A stretch of DNA of 64,000 bases. Source: the human T2T-CHM13v2.0 reference genome, Homo sapiens. Shown here in pieces: positions 30,451 through 43,550 of this stretch (its first letter is position 1; each line of letters opens with the position of its first letter). The notes under the pieces were generated by a model. The model was not told where the DNA came from. It worked only from the letters and a program-made list of their open reading frames with translations, and made no database searches. Position numbers and translations under genes: made by a program. The DNA lies in the NCBI RefSeq assembly GCF_009914755.1, contig NC_060927.1. The stretch is one strand, 5' to 3'.

Positions 30451-32703
30451 ACAAAGTAATATGTGCACATTACTTCAGTGATCCGCAAATTTGTACGTTA
30501 TTTCTATGTTTTCATATGTGTCTCAACTATTGCTTTATTGATGTGACCAATAACTTAGTTTCACTAGTGATGTATAAAACATCAAAATCAAGAAATATCA
30601 AACTATGCTAGGGTTTCTTATTTTCTTCTAATGCTATTTTGTGGGTGTTCAATATATCTTTGTGTGGTAAAAGTAAAAGTCCTCTCAGAGGACAATACCC
30701 TCAGTCATTATCTTATGAAAATATGAGTCAACATAGGAGCAGTGCCCTATTTCAGATTGTGATTGATAGATAATAGTCAATTTGCTTTCACTTTTACCAT
30801 AACAAAAGTGCTATTTCTCTGCTTCACCTGCTGGACGATGCCAGCTGGTTGGGAACCAAATCTCTAAAAGTACCAATTAAAATAAAAATAGCTAAATCTG
30901 GAATAAGTAATAAAGTACAGCTTTGGAACACTGTGAAAATATATAAGTGATCATTAGCAACACCTGCAGTCTACTTCACTTTGCTTATAATGACTCATTG
31001 ACAATAGTCTAATGATAGCACAAAAGGCTGAAAAGTGGAAACCGAGAAACTTCAACTTTCTTAGTGATAATTAGACTCAATTTCTTATAATTTCTTTTTA
31101 TACTAACTCGTTTAATTTATATTTATATCAAACAGCATCAACATATCTATCCTCAAATTTTTCCATTATTCAACTAAAATACTCTGTGATAAAAAGAGGT
31201 ATTTTTAAAAATCAGTAAGTTACTTATTAAATCAATATCCTCATCTATAAAATGAGGAAATATGTCTAGCCGAGGACTGCACAGAGAGTGCCACTCTTTA
31301 ATCCCACACCCAAGGTGGACATTGACTATGGAAGTTTTTCTGGTATGGATTATTCACAGCTTTTTCTATAAGGCTCTGATGTAGATTTTCTTGTTTCTTA
31401 AACCTATGATCTGAAAGAATAGTTATCTTCTGCTCTTTTCATATATTGAATATACTATGCTATAATGGGGATAAGATAATTGCAATGAGGATTATCATTT
31501 AGAAAAAGAAACAACGGAAGAAACAGATCAGTAAGTGGTATGTGGCAATGCAGAAATTGTCCAGGACCAGACATTGTGAAGATTCACTATCTTAGGGATG
31601 AGCATTTACACGATTAGACCTGAGTCTGCTCTCTGGGTCCTTGACCACTATCCATTATGGCCCTTGTCTTGCCTCCTGCAATAGTCTCCATTTTCTGTTA
31701 TCTTGGTTGGATGTATTCGTAATGTATGTTGGAAAATATACCTTATTTATAGTCCATTTTATGATAACGCAAGAGTGGCAAATATAGTTGTAAGTCCCAA
31801 AAAGTTAAAAGAATTTGAGTAGAGGCTTATGATTTATTCAGGAATACAATTATTTCAAAAACTTAGTTCTATTTGCTTTCAGTCAGACTTGTAGCTGGTA
31901 CAAACACTCATTTTTATTGTAATCATGTCTTTGAATGTGATTATTATTTCACAATCTTGATGAATATTTTCACTGTGTATAGAATTCTAGTATGGCAGTT
32001 CTTTCCTTTCAGCAAATTAAAACGATCATCTACTGATACCTGCCTTCCATTGTGAACATTGAGCAGTCAGCTGTCAATGTAACAATTCAAAGTAATCTAT
32101 AAACCCACAGTTCTTGCTTTCATGATATTTTCTTAAGATTTTTCTCCCCTCTTTTATTCTATTTTTTAAAAAGATTTTGCAGTTTTACTAAATTGTAAAG
32201 TCAAGGATTCATACTGATTTTCTTATGTAAACTGTAATTTACAGTAATCAAATACTCAATGGGAAAAGTGTCTCCTTATAAAAAGATTCCAATTAATACA
32301 TAAGGAAATAATAATAGAATTATAGTATATCCATTTTGTAACTTCTAATCTATGAATAGATGTAAACATTGACTAGTTCCTGTTACTATTGTTATTTAAC
32401 AATAGTAACCAGTCCTTGGTAGATTTAAACAATCTTTTATTTTGCTCAGAATTTTGTGTTGGAAATTCAGGAAGAATTTCTGGCTGGGCATTTCTCTCTT
32501 GGGGTCTCTCAGGCAATTCTAAGTAAAGGTCAGCCAAGGCCACAGTGATCTGAAGACTCAACTGGACTGAATATCCAGGATGGTTGGTTTTCAAGGCTAA
32601 AAGATGCTGGCTCTCAACTGAGAGCTCTAATGGGATTGACTGGATTATCTACAAGTGGATTATCCAGCATAGCAATCTCAGAGTAATTAGACTTGTCATA
32701 TCG

Positions 32704-32897
32704 CGGTTGTTCTCAACCTTGGAACTATTGACATATTCTTGTAGGGGGGTCTGTCCTGTGCATTGCAGGATGTTTAGCAGTATCCTTGCCTCTACCCACT
32801 AGATGGCAGTAGCACCACCCTCCCTATTGTCTCCAGACATTACTAAATGTCCCCAAAATGGGAGAGAGGATTAATCGCCCCAGAAAGGAAAAGATTG
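32704..32897. mobile_element. MER20 (hAT-Charlie MITE)
   Basis: 'gttctcaaccttggaactattgacat...ctgtcctgtgcattgcaggatgtttagcag...ctctacccactagatg...tgtctccagacatt'. Confidence 0.9.
32796..32809 (+). promoter_or_regulatory. CTCF core motif CCACTAGATGGCAG within MER20
   Basis: Matches CTCF consensus CCASYAGRKGGCRS; occupancy unknown. Confidence 0.55.
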
Positions 32898-34737
32898 CCC
32901 TAGTGAGCATCCAAAAAGAGCCAGGGGAGCTGCATAATTTTTCTCTGATCTAGCTTCAAAAGTCTCACAGCATTATTTCCACTGTACTCTACTGGTTACA
33001 AGAAAATCACTAGAGTAAATTGAGATTTGAGGAGAATCTCTTAATGGTGGAGTGTCAAAAAATTTTGAATATGTTTTAAAATACCTACAAATGGTGAATG
33101 ACATCAAAAAATGAAGAAAATACATGTGAATCTGATAAAACCTCTAGTTCTAACCGGAAATTTATAGAGAATACAGGGAATATACTAAATAATACACAGG
33201 GATTAATGAGCAAAATCCAGTTGTTCCAGGTGATGGGAAAATCTAAAAGTTCAAAGACCAAGTTTATCCAACAAATAAAATTCAAGTCGAAAAAGACTGA
33301 GGAAAAGCCTAGAGATTAAAACAGACTGAAGAGACATGTCAACCATTACAATGCATATATTTTATCTGAATTATGATTTCAACATTGTAAGGAAAAATTA
33401 GACAACCAGAGAATTTGAATACTGAGTGAATATTTGATAATATTAAGAAATATTGTTAAATTTTTTCCTATGTTAATGTTATTGAGTTTTTTTTTTAAAA
33501 AAGATTTATTTTACTTTGGAAACATTCTGAAATAATTGAGGCTGAAATAATATGATGTCTGGAATTTGTTTCAGAATAACACAGGGCTTGAGTAAGGGGA
33601 TCAGGCATTTCTAATTTTTAAAATTCATATTTGGAAGATTGTCACAACTTTGTTCACTTTTCATTACTTTTACCAAATTGTTATATATATATAAAATTTT
33701 ATTCAAATTATAAAATATATGCCCATGATAAAAATTTTTGACAATAGAGTACTCTTTTAGGGAAAAATAGCAATAACTTAAAACATAGAGAAAACCAACA
33801 TTAAATTTTTCTATGCTTCCTTTTGGTCATGTTTCTATTCATAGACGTAATGGAAACATAATTCAGATCACATTGTATTTACCAATTTCTCAGTCAAAAT
33901 TATATAGTGTACATTTTCCTATATTATTTAAATTTCTTCAATATTTCTCTGACAATAAAATTTTAATTGTGGACATGTAAGTCCTGCACAAACAACTTAA
34001 ATCCAAAGTCTTTTTCTGAATATTTAAAAAATATATTGTAAATGAAAACTTATTTTCCCACTGCATCTACTCATGGGTTATGAATAGCATAGATTTAAAA
34101 ATATTTTTTAAATCTCAAATCATTTATTTTAGAAGTTTTTAATTGTTTCTCTTAGATTTTCTATGTATAATTTGTATTTTTTTTCCATTTTTCCAATGAT
34201 ATGTCTTACTTCTTTTCTTTTTATGCTGGCAACATTTTCAACACATCATTAAATAATAATGATCCTGACAATTATATTTTTAAAAAATATGTTCTCCAAA
34301 ATTTAAAAAATCAATATCAGATAATATGAGTGCTTCCAAATCCAGGATGTCATTTCAGTTTTGTTCAGTCCTCAGAAGACACAGATTCACAGAAGTCTCT
34401 GGTGCAGAATAGCACCAAGAATTCTGGCATAACAATGGGCTATCTCTGTTCATAGGATCAGATTTCATTCAGTCATAATATTTGAGTCAATTCTAGGAGG
34501 ATTAGAGATTGATCTCGAAGGCTTTAGGTTCAGAAAGTCTTTGGGGGTTTAATCTAATGATTGCTATCACTGATATAAAGATGGAGAGCTGAGATGAATT
34601 CAGAGACTGAGCTCAAAGCCTTTGAGGATATTGAAAGCTATAAGAGCCCACAACACAAATCCAAGGTTTGTAAATTATGGACATTTGAAAACAGTTTCTT
34701 ATCCTGAGGTCAGATGGCAAAGAGAAAAACAATTACT

Positions 34738-35022
34738 GGCCGGGTGCGGTGGCTCACTCCTGTAATCCCAGCACTTTGGGAGGCCTCACTTGAGGTCAGG
34801 AGTTCAAGACCAGCCTGCGCAATATGGTGAAATCCTCTCTCTACTAAAAATAAAAAAATTAGCTGGGCGTGGTGGCACACACCTGTAGTCCCAGCTACTC
34901 GGGAGGCTGAGACAGAAGGATCACTTTAACCCAGGAGGCAAAGGTCGCAGTGAGCCAAGATCGTGCCACCGTGCTCCAGCCTGGGTGACAGAACAAAACT
35001 CTATCTCAAAAAAAAAAAAAAA
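34738..35022 (+). mobile_element. Alu (AluSx/Jb-like) with ~13-bp left-arm deletion
   Basis: ggccgggtgcggtggctc...gggaggcc^tcacttgaggtcagg...poly(A). Confidence 0.92.
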
Positions 35023-35949
35023 GACTGTAAAAAAATGATAAACTCTGAAGAAGCACAACTATGGCTCACAAATTAGTGATTCTGAACATTGAGGTAAGTA
35101 GCCAGCAATGGGCATATATTATAGAGACAGATGACACTTTTGCACATCATTAAAGGAAAAAGAACAGTCGTCACATATTTTTTCATTAGTCAAAGAAATG
35201 CTTTCGTATTAGTAAAAAACAAAAAAAAAATTGTTCTGATCAGCCATTTTTGACGCCAGATATCTGATAAATTGAATACTAAACAAAGTACCATTTTTAA
35301 ATTTATTTTATATAGAACAGAAGCTAAAAGCAGAAATTATAAAAGCTGTTACACCTACTCAGCTCTATTACATGTTGGAAAAACTGAACCAGAGAAACAA
35401 TTACATACACTCTTGTCTTCTGGAAAAGCTGAATTGGGTTTTGGTCTGAATCAATAGGTGAGTTCTCAGTCTTCCCACCTTTTTTCCTTTTTTCTTTTTT
35501 ATCATGTCCTACGACCTAATGCCAGAAAGAAAAAATAACTTTAGCCTGATTATGAAAGCTTGTATAATAAGTAAACTCTCAGTAACTGGAAGTGTATGAA
35601 TCGGGTATGGATGATGATGACTAGCAACTTTGTTTAGAGGGAATTCAAACATCAGGAGGCTGATTGGGTTTTGTGATCTGTAGTGTGATAACCAATGCTG
35701 AGTTTCTTTTATTCTTTAAAATCATAAAGTAAATTTTCCTTATGTCTTACCATGTTCCAGTTATTAATAAAGAGTAACAAATGACTTTGGTCAGAACCAA
35801 AACTTATTGATGTAAAACAATAATTTTATTATACTTGTGAATTCTGTGGACGAGGTAATTTAAACATGGCATAGGGGACATGGCTTTTATCTTCCCCACA
35901 ATTTCTGCTCCACAATTTCAGCTGTCTCGATAAAATAAAAAAAAAAGAT

Positions 35950-36460
35950 TAATAATATTCTGTGATCACAATGCAAGGAAATAGAAACTAAATCAAAATA
36001 AATAATCAAATCCCCATCCAAAATGTCTGCAATTTTAACTCTCTGTGAAAGAACACTTAGACAAAAAGAGAAAAGAGCCCTGAAGTTACAGAATTTTTAG
36101 AACATACTTTTAATGAAAATACTATATATCAAAATATATAATTAAAGCAATTATTTAAATACAATACATAGCCTTACATAATTATTTTAATAAAAATGAT
36201 AAGATAATATTTTCTAACACAAAAGTTTGAAAAGGAACTTTAAATTAAACAAAAGAAAGGACAAAGAGCAAAATTATACAGATAGAAGCCGAAATTAATC
36301 AGGTAGAAATTAGTAAAACAGCAAAAATAGTGATGGTTCATAAAAATATCCAGCAAAGTAAACAACTAGCTAACTTAATTTGAAAAAAAAAAAAAAAAGA
36401 GAGCAAGCACAAATATACAAAATAAGAGGTAATGAGTGGGAAATAATCATTGAAACACAT
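35950..36460 (+). mobile_element. Very old L1 ORF2 fragment
   Basis: A-rich; 'gaaaatactatatatcaaaat', 'atagaagccgaaattaatcaggtagaa', 'caactagctaacttaat'. Confidence 0.55.
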
Positions 36461-36484
36461 GCATCAGCACTAATACACATGTAC

Positions 36485-36562
36485 TGTAAGTATGAGTATT
36501 TTTAAAATTCAAAATCTGAAACACTTCTGGTCTCAAGCATTTTAGGTAATGGATACTCAAGT
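36485..36562. mobile_element. MER46/Tigger4 terminal fragment
   Basis: 'aaatctgaaacacttctggtctcaagcattttaggtaatggatactcaa'. Confidence 0.7.
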
Positions 36563-36564
36563 TG

Positions 36565-36759
36565 ATGACACCTTCTCCTTGTATTCTTACAAGGGGTCTC
36601 TCCTGGATCTGTTTTATAAGGCCACTAATTTTATCTATAAGGCCTCCACCCTCATGTCCTAATCACCTCCTAAAGGCCCTACTTCCTAATACCATCGTCT
36701 TGGGGTTTGGAATTTTAACATGTGAATTGGAGTGGGACACAAACATTCAGACCATGGCA
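36565..36759 (-). mobile_element. MLT1A-like LTR fragment
   Basis: 'ccaccctcatgtcctaatcacctcctaaaggccctacttcctaataccatc...acaaacattcagaccatggca'. Confidence 0.8.
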
Positions 36760-36869
36760 AGTTCAAAACTAGTTATTGAAAATATGCAAATGATAAACAT
36801 GGCTCAGTCCAATAAAGCTTTAAGTATAGGCACTAAAAATTTAATTTCTTAATAAAGCTTTTTATATGT

Positions 36870-36977
36870 CCCAAAATATTATTATTATTTTGATTTTTTC
36901 CAACCATTTAAAAATGGAAAAATCTCTTCTTATGTTATCCAAAAATAGACAGTGAGCCATAGTTTGCCAACCTCTGG
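36870..36977. mobile_element. MER58B-like hAT fragment
   Basis: 'ttttttccaaccatttaaaaatg...gccatagtttgccaacctctg'. Confidence 0.6.
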
Positions 36978-37539
36978 CTTAACCATTCGGTGATTATTAT
37001 TGCTGGATGGTAGACATCTATTTCCTATTAGATGAAAGACAAGAGAATCTAGTGTTTAGTCTTTTTGATAGTTTATTTTGAACTCAAATTAATTTACAAA
37101 TTCTGTAGCCATTGGCAAGAACAACTTTTTGATGTGTGTAAAATCTGTTTTAATGTTTGTATTCGCTTTGACCTGCCTGTGACTGAAATTGTAGAACTGA
37201 AGCTATATGTTCTCTCTGCATCTGTTTGTCTCTCTTTATATCATTGTCTATACTCAAGCAATGCTTTACCTCTCATGGTTTTCCTGCCTCTGAAAGCTTT
37301 TAATAAACTATATTGTTTTATATTTTACATTAAAAGAACACTGATGGGATTGCTTTATGGAGAAAAATAAGTACTTAGATAAATAAATATTTTTTAAATT
37401 CCCAGAAAATAAGAAAATTCTACTATTTTAAATGAATTAGACTTTTAAAATCATCTCTCTTACAGAAATTTTTAGCACAGAAACATTTTGGAAAGTGAGA
37501 CTAGTTTAAATTTTTAAATTTAAAAACAAACAGCTAGAA

Positions 37540-38792
37540 GCAGGCAGAGCAAGAAAGCTTCAGTGATTATCTCCCCCTGGAAGAACACCAAATTGAACTA
37601 TCCACACAAGGAAGCACTTTCATAAGAACCAAAAATCAGGTGAACGATGATCATAATACCTGGTTTTAACATCACATCAGGGAAAGAGGCACTAAAGAGG
37701 GTAGGAAAAAACAGTCTCGAATTGTCGACACCATCCCTCACCAGTTTCCTGCAGCAGCCACATGATGCAGAGAGAGAATCTGTGTTTGGGGAAGGGAGAG
37801 TGCAGTAATTGTGGACCTTGAATTGAAACTCAGTGCTGTCTGTCACAGTGGAAAGCAACACAAGGTAGAATTCCGCTGGTATCCAGAGAGGGAGCATTTA
37901 GACCAGCCCTAATGAGATAGAAATCATCCATCCCAGTGGTCAGAACCTGAATTCCAGGAAGCCTTTCCTCCATGGGCTAAAGTGCTCTGGGGTCCCAAAT
38001 CAACTAGAAAGGCCACAAGAACTGTAATCCTGGGCAAGTCCTGGTGCTATGCTGGGCTCGGAGCCAGTGGAATTGGGGTACTTGTGAACTAGTGAAACCC
38101 CAGATGTGGTAGCCGAATGAGTGTTTGCATCACCCCTTCACTAACCCCAGGCAATACAGCTCACAGATCTGGGAGAGACTCCCTTGCTTAGCTTGAGGAA
38201 AGGAGAGGGAAGAGTAAAGAGGACTTTATCTTGCAATCTGGATACCAGGCTACCCACAGTGGTATAAGGCCCCAAGCCTGATGCCCCCATTCCAGGCCCT
38301 AGCCTCCCAGGCAACATTTCTAGAAACACAGTGAGCTGGAAGAGAACCCACTGACTTGAAGGGAAGGACCCGGTTTTGGCAAGATTCATTACCTGTTGAC
38401 TAAAGAGACCTTGAGCCTTGAATAAAAATTAGCAATAACCAGGCAGTACTACCATGGGCCTTGGGTGAGACCCAGTGCTGTGCTGGCTTCAGGAGTGAGC
38501 CAGCACATTCCCAGCTGTGGTGGCCACAGAAAGAGTCCTTCTGCTTGTGAATAGGAGAGGGAAAGGTAAACGAGACTGTCTTGCAGCTTGGGTAAGAGCT
38601 TGGCCACAGTAAGCTAGAGAACCAAGAAGACTCCTGGGGTTCCCAATTCCATGCCTTGGCTCCTAGGTGGTCACTATCTGGACCTACCTAGAGGTGGAGG
38701 CTAGAGGGGAGCTCACTGCACTGAAGGGAGAGAGCCAGGCCGAGCAGCATTCATCACAAGCTGACTGAAAAGCCCTTGGGCCTTGAGTGAAA
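37540..38792 (+). mobile_element. Isolated L1 5' UTR (L1M1/L1MA-type)
   Basis: 'cataagaaccaaaaatcaggtga...cctggttttaacatcacatca...gagagagaatctgtg...gaagggaaggacc' repeats typical of L1M1 5' ends. Confidence 0.75.
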
Positions 38793-38956
38793 GACAAGCA
38801 TTAAATGTTTATTATCTACAGATAACAGATAACATGCTGTAGATGATTTTTTATGTATTCTAATGTGTGCCTGAAGGCTCTCCTATAAATTACAGACCGG
38901 AGTTTTTGTCTTCACAAAGGGCAGTCTGAGAGCCTGATAGAATGGACTGTACAAGA

Positions 38957-39487
38957 TACAGTAAGCCCCCATCTGCAGTTTCACTTTCCATGGTTTTGGT
39001 TACCTATGGTCCATCACAATCCAAAATATTAAATGGAAAATCCCAGAAATAAACAATTCATAAGTTTTAAATTGTGCACCATTCTGAGTAAGGTGATGAA
39101 ATTTTATACCATCCAGTTCTATCCAGGCCTGGACATGAATCACCCGTTTGCTCATGCTCAATGTATCTATGCTGTAGATACTACCAACCAGTTAGTCACT
39201 TAGTAGCAATCTTCGTTTATCAGTTTAACTGTTGTGGTATATCAGTGCTTCTGTTCAAATAACCCCTATTTTACTTAGTAATGAATCCAAAGTGCAACAG
39301 TAGTGATGCTGGCAATTTGGATACGGAAAAGGAAAGCAGTAAATTGCTTCCTTTCAGTGAAAAAGTGACAGTTCTCCACTAAATTAGGAAAAAAACATAG
39401 TGTATATAAGGTTTGATATTTTTCATGGTTCTAGGCATCAACTAGGTGTCTTGGAATGGCCCTCGAGGCTAAGGGAGGACTATCGTA
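38957..39487. mobile_element. MER44 (Tigger7-derived) DNA transposon
   Basis: TA-flanked termini 'tacagtaagcccccatc' and 'aagggaggactatcgta'; internal 'ccagaaataaacaattcataagttttaaattg'. Confidence 0.85.
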
Positions 39488-39675
39488 CTCCAAGTGATAC
39501 TTCAAAGAATAGACTCTTGGGCGCAAACTCTTGAGCTGGCATTGCTTAGATAACTTTCAGACCACACCATTGACTGAGTCAGGATTTCCAGAACTCTTTT
39601 TAGTATACAGGTAAAAGACTTCATGAAATCAGACCACTGAACCAAATTTAGCAAACAAGAATTAATTAAATAGCA

Positions 39676-40011
39676 CAGCGGTCCCCAAACTTTTTGGCAC
39701 CAGGGACCAGTTTTGTGGAAGACAGTTTTTCGATGGGCTAAGGGAAAGGTGGAGGGATGGTTTCGGGATGAAACTGTTTCACTTCAGATCATCAGGCATT
39801 AGTTAGATTCTCATAAGCAAGCAGCCCAACCTAGATCCCTCGCAAGTGCAGTTCACAATAGTGTTTGTGCTCCTATGAGAATCTAATGTTGCCGCTGATC
39901 TAACAGGAGGCAGAGCTCAGGTGGTAATGCTTGCTTGCCTGCTGCTCATCTTTCTGCTGTGTGGCCTGGTTCTTAGCTGGTCACAGGGTGGCCTGGGGCT
40001 AGGGACCCCTG
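39676..40011. mobile_element. MER1B (hAT-Charlie), full length
   Basis: TIRs cagcggtcccc...gggacccctg; perfect 8-bp TSD aaatagca (39668-39675, 40012-40019). Confidence 0.95.
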
Positions 40012-40040
40012 AAATAGCACTCATCGAACTGACTAGAAAA

Positions 40041-40118
40041 ATTTTTTTCTAGTTATTTGTTTAAAATATTGTTGGTGCCATTTTTTTTCTAGTTATTTGA
40101 GATATTGTTGGTGCCATT
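40041..40118. repeat. Local ~38-bp tandem duplication (ttttttctagttatttg...atattgttggtgcca) x2
   Basis: Seen directly. Confidence 0.85.
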
Positions 40119-40306
40119 TTAATGCTCTATTTTTTATGGCTATATAAGGAAATCCTGTCTTTTCTTGAGTGACCTTTAAGGCTTAAATTAATAGATTGCT
40201 TTATAAATAAAAATGAAACATTTTAAACTTACGTCTGCTTCTCAGTGAAACCCAGAATTCAGATACCCTTTGTGCTTCATGGCAATAGAGTCATTTGTAT
40301 AGATTT

Positions 40307-40901
40307 TGTAAACAGAAGTTCTCTACATCAGAATTTGAGGGAAAGAGACTTTGTGACAGTGAACAGTTTGCAAAGTGGGAAGATACAGAGTGTATTCCAG
40401 AGAACAGAGGGTTTGGGTTTTTTTTTTAATTGCTTTTGTAGAGCAGTTTACAAAAAATTGTTTGGGGGGTCTCACTATGTTGCCTCGGCTGGCCTCAAAC
40501 TCCTCGCCTCAACCCATCTTCCTGCCTCAACATCCCAAAGTGGTGGGATTACAGGCAGAAGTCACTGTTCCTGGCCAGGGTTTGGATTTTATAGCAAAAG
40601 CTCTCATTTGGGTTCCCAATCAGGTTCATTTATGCAGATAAAGGATTCAAGTTTACTTAGTTGTGATTGGTCAATATAGCTGAGTTCTGATTGGGCAATT
40701 CATCTCAGCTGTAACTGGTTGATACAGCAGAGCTCTGAAAACTCCCAGATTTAAAGAGGTGCGGGTTTAGCGGGAAGTCAGAGTGTGTGTGTGTCCTGTA
40801 GTCGGGAAGTGGCTGCTTGGCTCTATTTTAAATTTAGGCCCAGTTAGCTACTTGGAATCCATCTTGAGGGATTTGCTCTTTCAAGCTCACTTTTGTTCAC
40901 A
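40307..40901 (-). mobile_element. ERV1-class LTR (family uncertain, MER90/LTR54-like), split by a FLAM
   Basis: TG...CA termini; repeated gattgg CCAAT boxes; 'ggctctattttaaatttaggcccagttagc'. Confidence 0.6.
40421..40576 (-). mobile_element. Alu monomer (FLAM-like)
   Basis: 'gggtctcactatgttgcc...cccaaagtggtgggattacaggc...ctggcc'; TSD agggtttgg(g/a)ttt at 40408-40420 and 40577-40589. Confidence 0.85.
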
Positions 40902-41049
40902 GATTGAAACAGAATCTTTCCTCCTTTTAATCCAGAATATAATTGCACAAATTTCTTATGTAACCACGATCTTACTTTTGGTGGCATATTTGAGACAAAT
41001 TCTCATTCAATCAGTTATGATGAACCACTATTAAAGAACAAAGTTGACT

Positions 41050-41510
41050 TAATACATAGATGTATGGCTTAAAAAGACCTCCTATGAAAACTGACATGAT
41101 GCCTGACTAATGCATTCCCAGTCTTATACATAGTAAGGAAGGTGAGCTCTTACCAGGCTGGTAGGTTTAGCAAATCTTGGGAACCTCACAGAAATGGAAA
41201 TTCCTTTAAATGGTAGAGGTTACAGGTGAAGTTCGGTGGAGAAAGTTTTTGGGGGTTTGATTTACTAGCCCTGTAATACCTGCAACACCAAAAACAGAGG
41301 CTTTTAAAAGTCCTATCTGAAATTTCTTATGGAAAATTTCAAACAAATGTTAATTCTGTAGCTTTAGTGGTTGCTTGATACCATATGCCTGTATTTTTGC
41401 AAAGCAACTCAAGGAGGCCTTGTATGTTTAGTTATTATTCTTGCTTCACTTATGTGAACCATTATCACAAACCTGAATGAAACAAGCCTTTTTGTGAATA
41501 AGAATAACCT
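41050..41510 (-). mobile_element. MER4-group ERV1 internal remnant next to the LTR
   Basis: 'gaggcttttaaaagtcctatctgaaatttcttatgg' and 'attcttgcttcacttatgtg' resemble MER4-group int. Confidence 0.45.
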
Positions 41511-41779
41511 CGAGAAAGAGAGATATTATTTATGATCATAAGGGGAGTAGAGTGACTGCCAGGAAGAATTGTGGATAAATTTTTAAATGTCACAGAAGAA
41601 ACGACTAAATGTCCTTTCAATGGGATGCTGGGCATTACGTAACCAGTCCTCTGGGAATTGTGTAATTCCATGATTTGTGCATGTTTGGTTATCTTTAGAT
41701 GGGTGTCACTTGTTTCTTGCTCATAGTAATGCAAGTGGTTCATTTTCATGAAAAAGAAAATGAATTTTGACAGGCAAAG

Positions 41780-42015
41780 ATATCTATATATAGATATATT
41801 TAACATATGTAATAAATTTAGCATATATATACAAATTTAACATATATGTTAAATTTACTATATTAGATATATAACATATATTAAGATATCTATAACATAG
41901 GTATCCTATATATTAATATACATATCTTAATATCTAATATAGATTAACATATATCTTAATATATTATACATCTATTATATATATTTTATATAATATATAA
42001 ATAAATATTTAATAG
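41780..42015. repeat. (TA)-rich low-complexity tract
   Basis: Degenerate tatatat/ttaacatat units, very high AT content. Confidence 0.85.
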
Positions 42016-42199
42016 ATAATCTTTTATCTTTTATCAGAAGTTTTCCTTCAAAAGACACAACAGAAAAAGTGTTACAATTATAATTTTGGAACATATTAGT
42101 GCAACACATATGACTGACGATTATTGCATCCAGAATATAATATATAAAGAACCACTGTGAAGCCCTAAGAAAACAACAGCCTCAAAAGTCATTTTATTT

Positions 42200-42762
42200 A
42201 TTAGGTATTTGAGGTATGACAATATTACTCCCAAACTCAGCAACTATAAAACAGTAAATACTCATTATCTCACAGATTCCATGGATCAGAAAGTCAGGTG
42301 GGTACCTCTGACCCAGGGTCTCTCACAAAGCTGCCATCAAGGTGTCAGGAGATGCTGTAGTCTCCTTCGCAGGCTCTGCTAGGGGAGGATCCACTGTCAT
42401 GCTATCTCATACGGTGGTTGACAGAATTTAGTTCTTGCCAGCCCATTGAACTGAGAGCCTCAATTCCTTGCAGCTATTGGCCAGAGCCCTCCCTCAGTTT
42501 CTTATCCTGTGGGCCTCTCCATATGGTAGCTCACAACCTGAGTCCTGGATTCTCGCAATGTGAGTCCATGAAAGGGTGAGAGAGAGGAAACTGAAGCCAC
42601 AGTCTTCTGGTAACCTAATCTCAGAAATGACATCTCATCATTTTCTGCCTTGTTCTATTTCTCATATGCAAATCACTAGGTCTAAGTGCTCACTCAAAGG
42701 GAAGAGATTACACAAGGAGGCAAAGATCACTGGGGTCCATGTTAGAGGCTGCCTATACCGGT
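42200..42762 (-). mobile_element. MLT1F-like LTR inside L1ME
   Basis: 'ttatctcacagattccatggatcag...gctgccatcaaggtgtcagg...aacctaatctcagaaatgacatctcatc'. Confidence 0.75.
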
Positions 42763-42769
42763 CAAGAGT

Positions 42770-43550
42770 AGAAATTTATAGAACAAGAAACACAGAGTAC
42801 ATAAACCTATTAAAAAATGTTTAACCTTCTTAATAATAAAGAAAATGCAAACTAAGACCACAATTTCACAATCACTAGTTTCATTTTTAAAAGTAGAAGT
42901 CTGACAATACTATATGTTAGCAAGAATTTGCAGAAATGAGGAAGTGATGGGAATGTAAACTGATACTATTTTAGAAAGTAATTTCTCATCACTTAGTAAA
43001 GTTCCACTGACTCATAATCTGACTCAGTAATTCTTCTCCCACATATATAGTCTAGAGAAATTGCACGTGAACATCAGATGTTCAAAATGTTCTTAAACAC
43101 ATTGTTCATAATAGCAAAAAACAATTAGAAGCTTAAATAAATAAATGAGTGATGGCAGATTAATACAACAGAGTACAGTACTCAAAACTGCATATATCAA
43201 TAAATATTTGTGAGGAAATAAAGTCACAGAAAAGAAATATAGTATGATCCAATATAAATGTTCAAAAAAGGAAAAGCTAAGTAATATCTACTTTAGGAAT
43301 GCATTTACAGTATCTATGGCTACACTATAAAGAAAAGCAAATTAATGTGATTATACAAAGTTCAAACTGCTCGTTCTATGTGTGTGGGAGGGAGGGAGAT
43401 GTTATGGAAATAGGCTCATAAGAGGCTTTAACTTTTTCTTCAGCTGAGTGATACATACATGAGTATTCATTTATTATTTGGTTATTACTTCTAAACCACA
43501 CACTTACATCGTATACATTTTCAATGACATGTTTTGCATTTTTAACTAAA
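42770..43550 (+). mobile_element. L1ME 3' region (also 42040-42180)
   Basis: 'aaagaaaatgcaaactaagaccacaa...gtctgacaatac...ttgttcataatagcaaaa'. Confidence 0.7.

Larger units (their letters stand above)
32381..33088 (-). mobile_element. MLT1F/H-like MaLR LTR containing MER20
   Basis: 'tttgctcagaattttgtgttggaaattcagg...atctgaagactcaactgg...gatctagcttcaaaagtctcacagcattatttccac'. Confidence 0.7.
32200..33600 (+). mobile_element. L1MC4/5-like 3' UTR fragments split by MLT1
   Basis: 'aaagattccaattaatacataagg...' and 'gagattaaaacagactgaagagacatgtcaacc...atgatgtctggaatttgtttca'. Confidence 0.65.

Noticed and set aside
40245-40679. 144-aa ORF
   Set aside because: Spans an LTR and an antisense FLAM with a GTG start; chance read-through of repeats.
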